A stretch of DNA of 64,000 nucleotides from Patescibacteria group bacterium (lineage in GTDB: Bacteria; Patescibacteriota; Minisyncoccia; Phycocordibacterales; JAKAEA01), in assembly GCA_040387855.1 (NCBI GenBank), contig JAZKCY010000001.1:782922-846921 (forward strand), written 5' to 3'. Shown piece after piece: positions 63,458 to 64,000 of this stretch. Positions within the stretch are counted from its first letter, which is position 1, and each line of letters begins with the position of its first letter. A model generated the notes under the pieces. The model worked only from the letters and a program-made list of their open reading frames with translations. It did no database searches and was not told where the DNA came from. The position numbers and the translations under genes are program-made.

Positions 63458-64000
63458 TTATTTTGAATTAGGGGTGGTTAGATTGCGTGCTCGTAAACCT
63501 GAACCAAAGAGGAATCCACTGACCTTTCCTGGATTCTTTGTGCTTAGTGCAAACAAGAATGTTCGAGATACAGTAATTGCAGTAAACATACTTATGAGTA
63601 CTCCAAGACCAAGTGTGAGCGCAAAACCTTTTACTGATGATGTTCCAAGCCAGAAGAGCACTACTGATGTGATAAGACTTGAAACGTTTGAATCTCGAAT
63701 TGATAGCCAAGCTCGATGGAATCCTTCATGCATTGCATCATGTAGATTCTTGCCTTTTCGCAATTCTTCTTTCATTCGTTCAAAGATAAGAACATTGGCA
63801 TCAACGGCCATACCTATAGAAAGAATAAATCCAGCAATACCTGCAGCAGTAAGAGTTACAGGAATAAACTTAAATGCAAGCAATGAAAGAATTACATACA
63901 TCACCAAAGCGACAGTAGCGACAAATCCTGGTAACCGGTACCAAAGAATCAAAAATAGAGCAATGATTGCAAAGCCCCAAATTCCCGCTCGAATTCCAGC
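63458..64000 (-). CDS. secD: Protein translocase subunit SecD (3' part)
   Basis: GMAVDANVLIFERMKEE, IRDSN, VKGFA. Confidence 0.96.
   Translation of the reverse strand, partial: AGIRAGIWGFAIIALFLILWYRLPGFVATVALVMYVILSLLAFKFIPVTLTAAGIAGFILSIGMAVDANVLIFERMKEELRKGKNLHDAMHEGFHRAWLSIRDSNVSSLITSVVLFWLGTSSVKGFALTLGLGVLISMFTAITVSRTFLFALSTKNPGKVSGFLFGSGLRARNLTTPNSK

Overview
Chromosomal window from an AT-rich Patescibacteria (CPR, Parcubacteria-like) genome, standard genetic code, with most genes on the minus strand. Core content: cardiolipin synthase, F-type ATP synthase operon (atpBEFHAG-orf-DC, short epsilon), ECF sigma/membrane protein/glmS, secA, murB/murC/murD, pyk, secD/secF, tRNA-Ile(GAT) and a solitary 16S rRNA gene. 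The 16S gene has a helix-40 insertion and no canonical anti-Shine-Dalgarno tail. Accessory content: the 5' part of a giant (>1500 aa) surface protein with Cys-paired propeller repeats that the ORF track misses, a ~16 kb surface-glycan locus (O-antigen-ligase/TPR protein, Wzx, heptose enzymes, GT4s, methyltransferases), a TraD/VirD4-like ATPase, and five secreted proteins between tRNA-Ile and the 16S gene. Most interesting observations: (1) two tandem, separately promoted and terminated, mutually complementary small RNAs at 22005-22288; (2) a DnaA-box-like 9-mer exactly 28 nt upstream of the -10 hexamer at the surface-protein genes and at one of those small RNAs, suggesting an undescribed regulon; (3) SD-bearing GC-rich orphan genes in a genome whose 16S lacks an anti-SD; (4) an unannotated 29-aa histone-H1-like Lys-rich peptide. 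All calls are by eye; no searches or folding programs were run.
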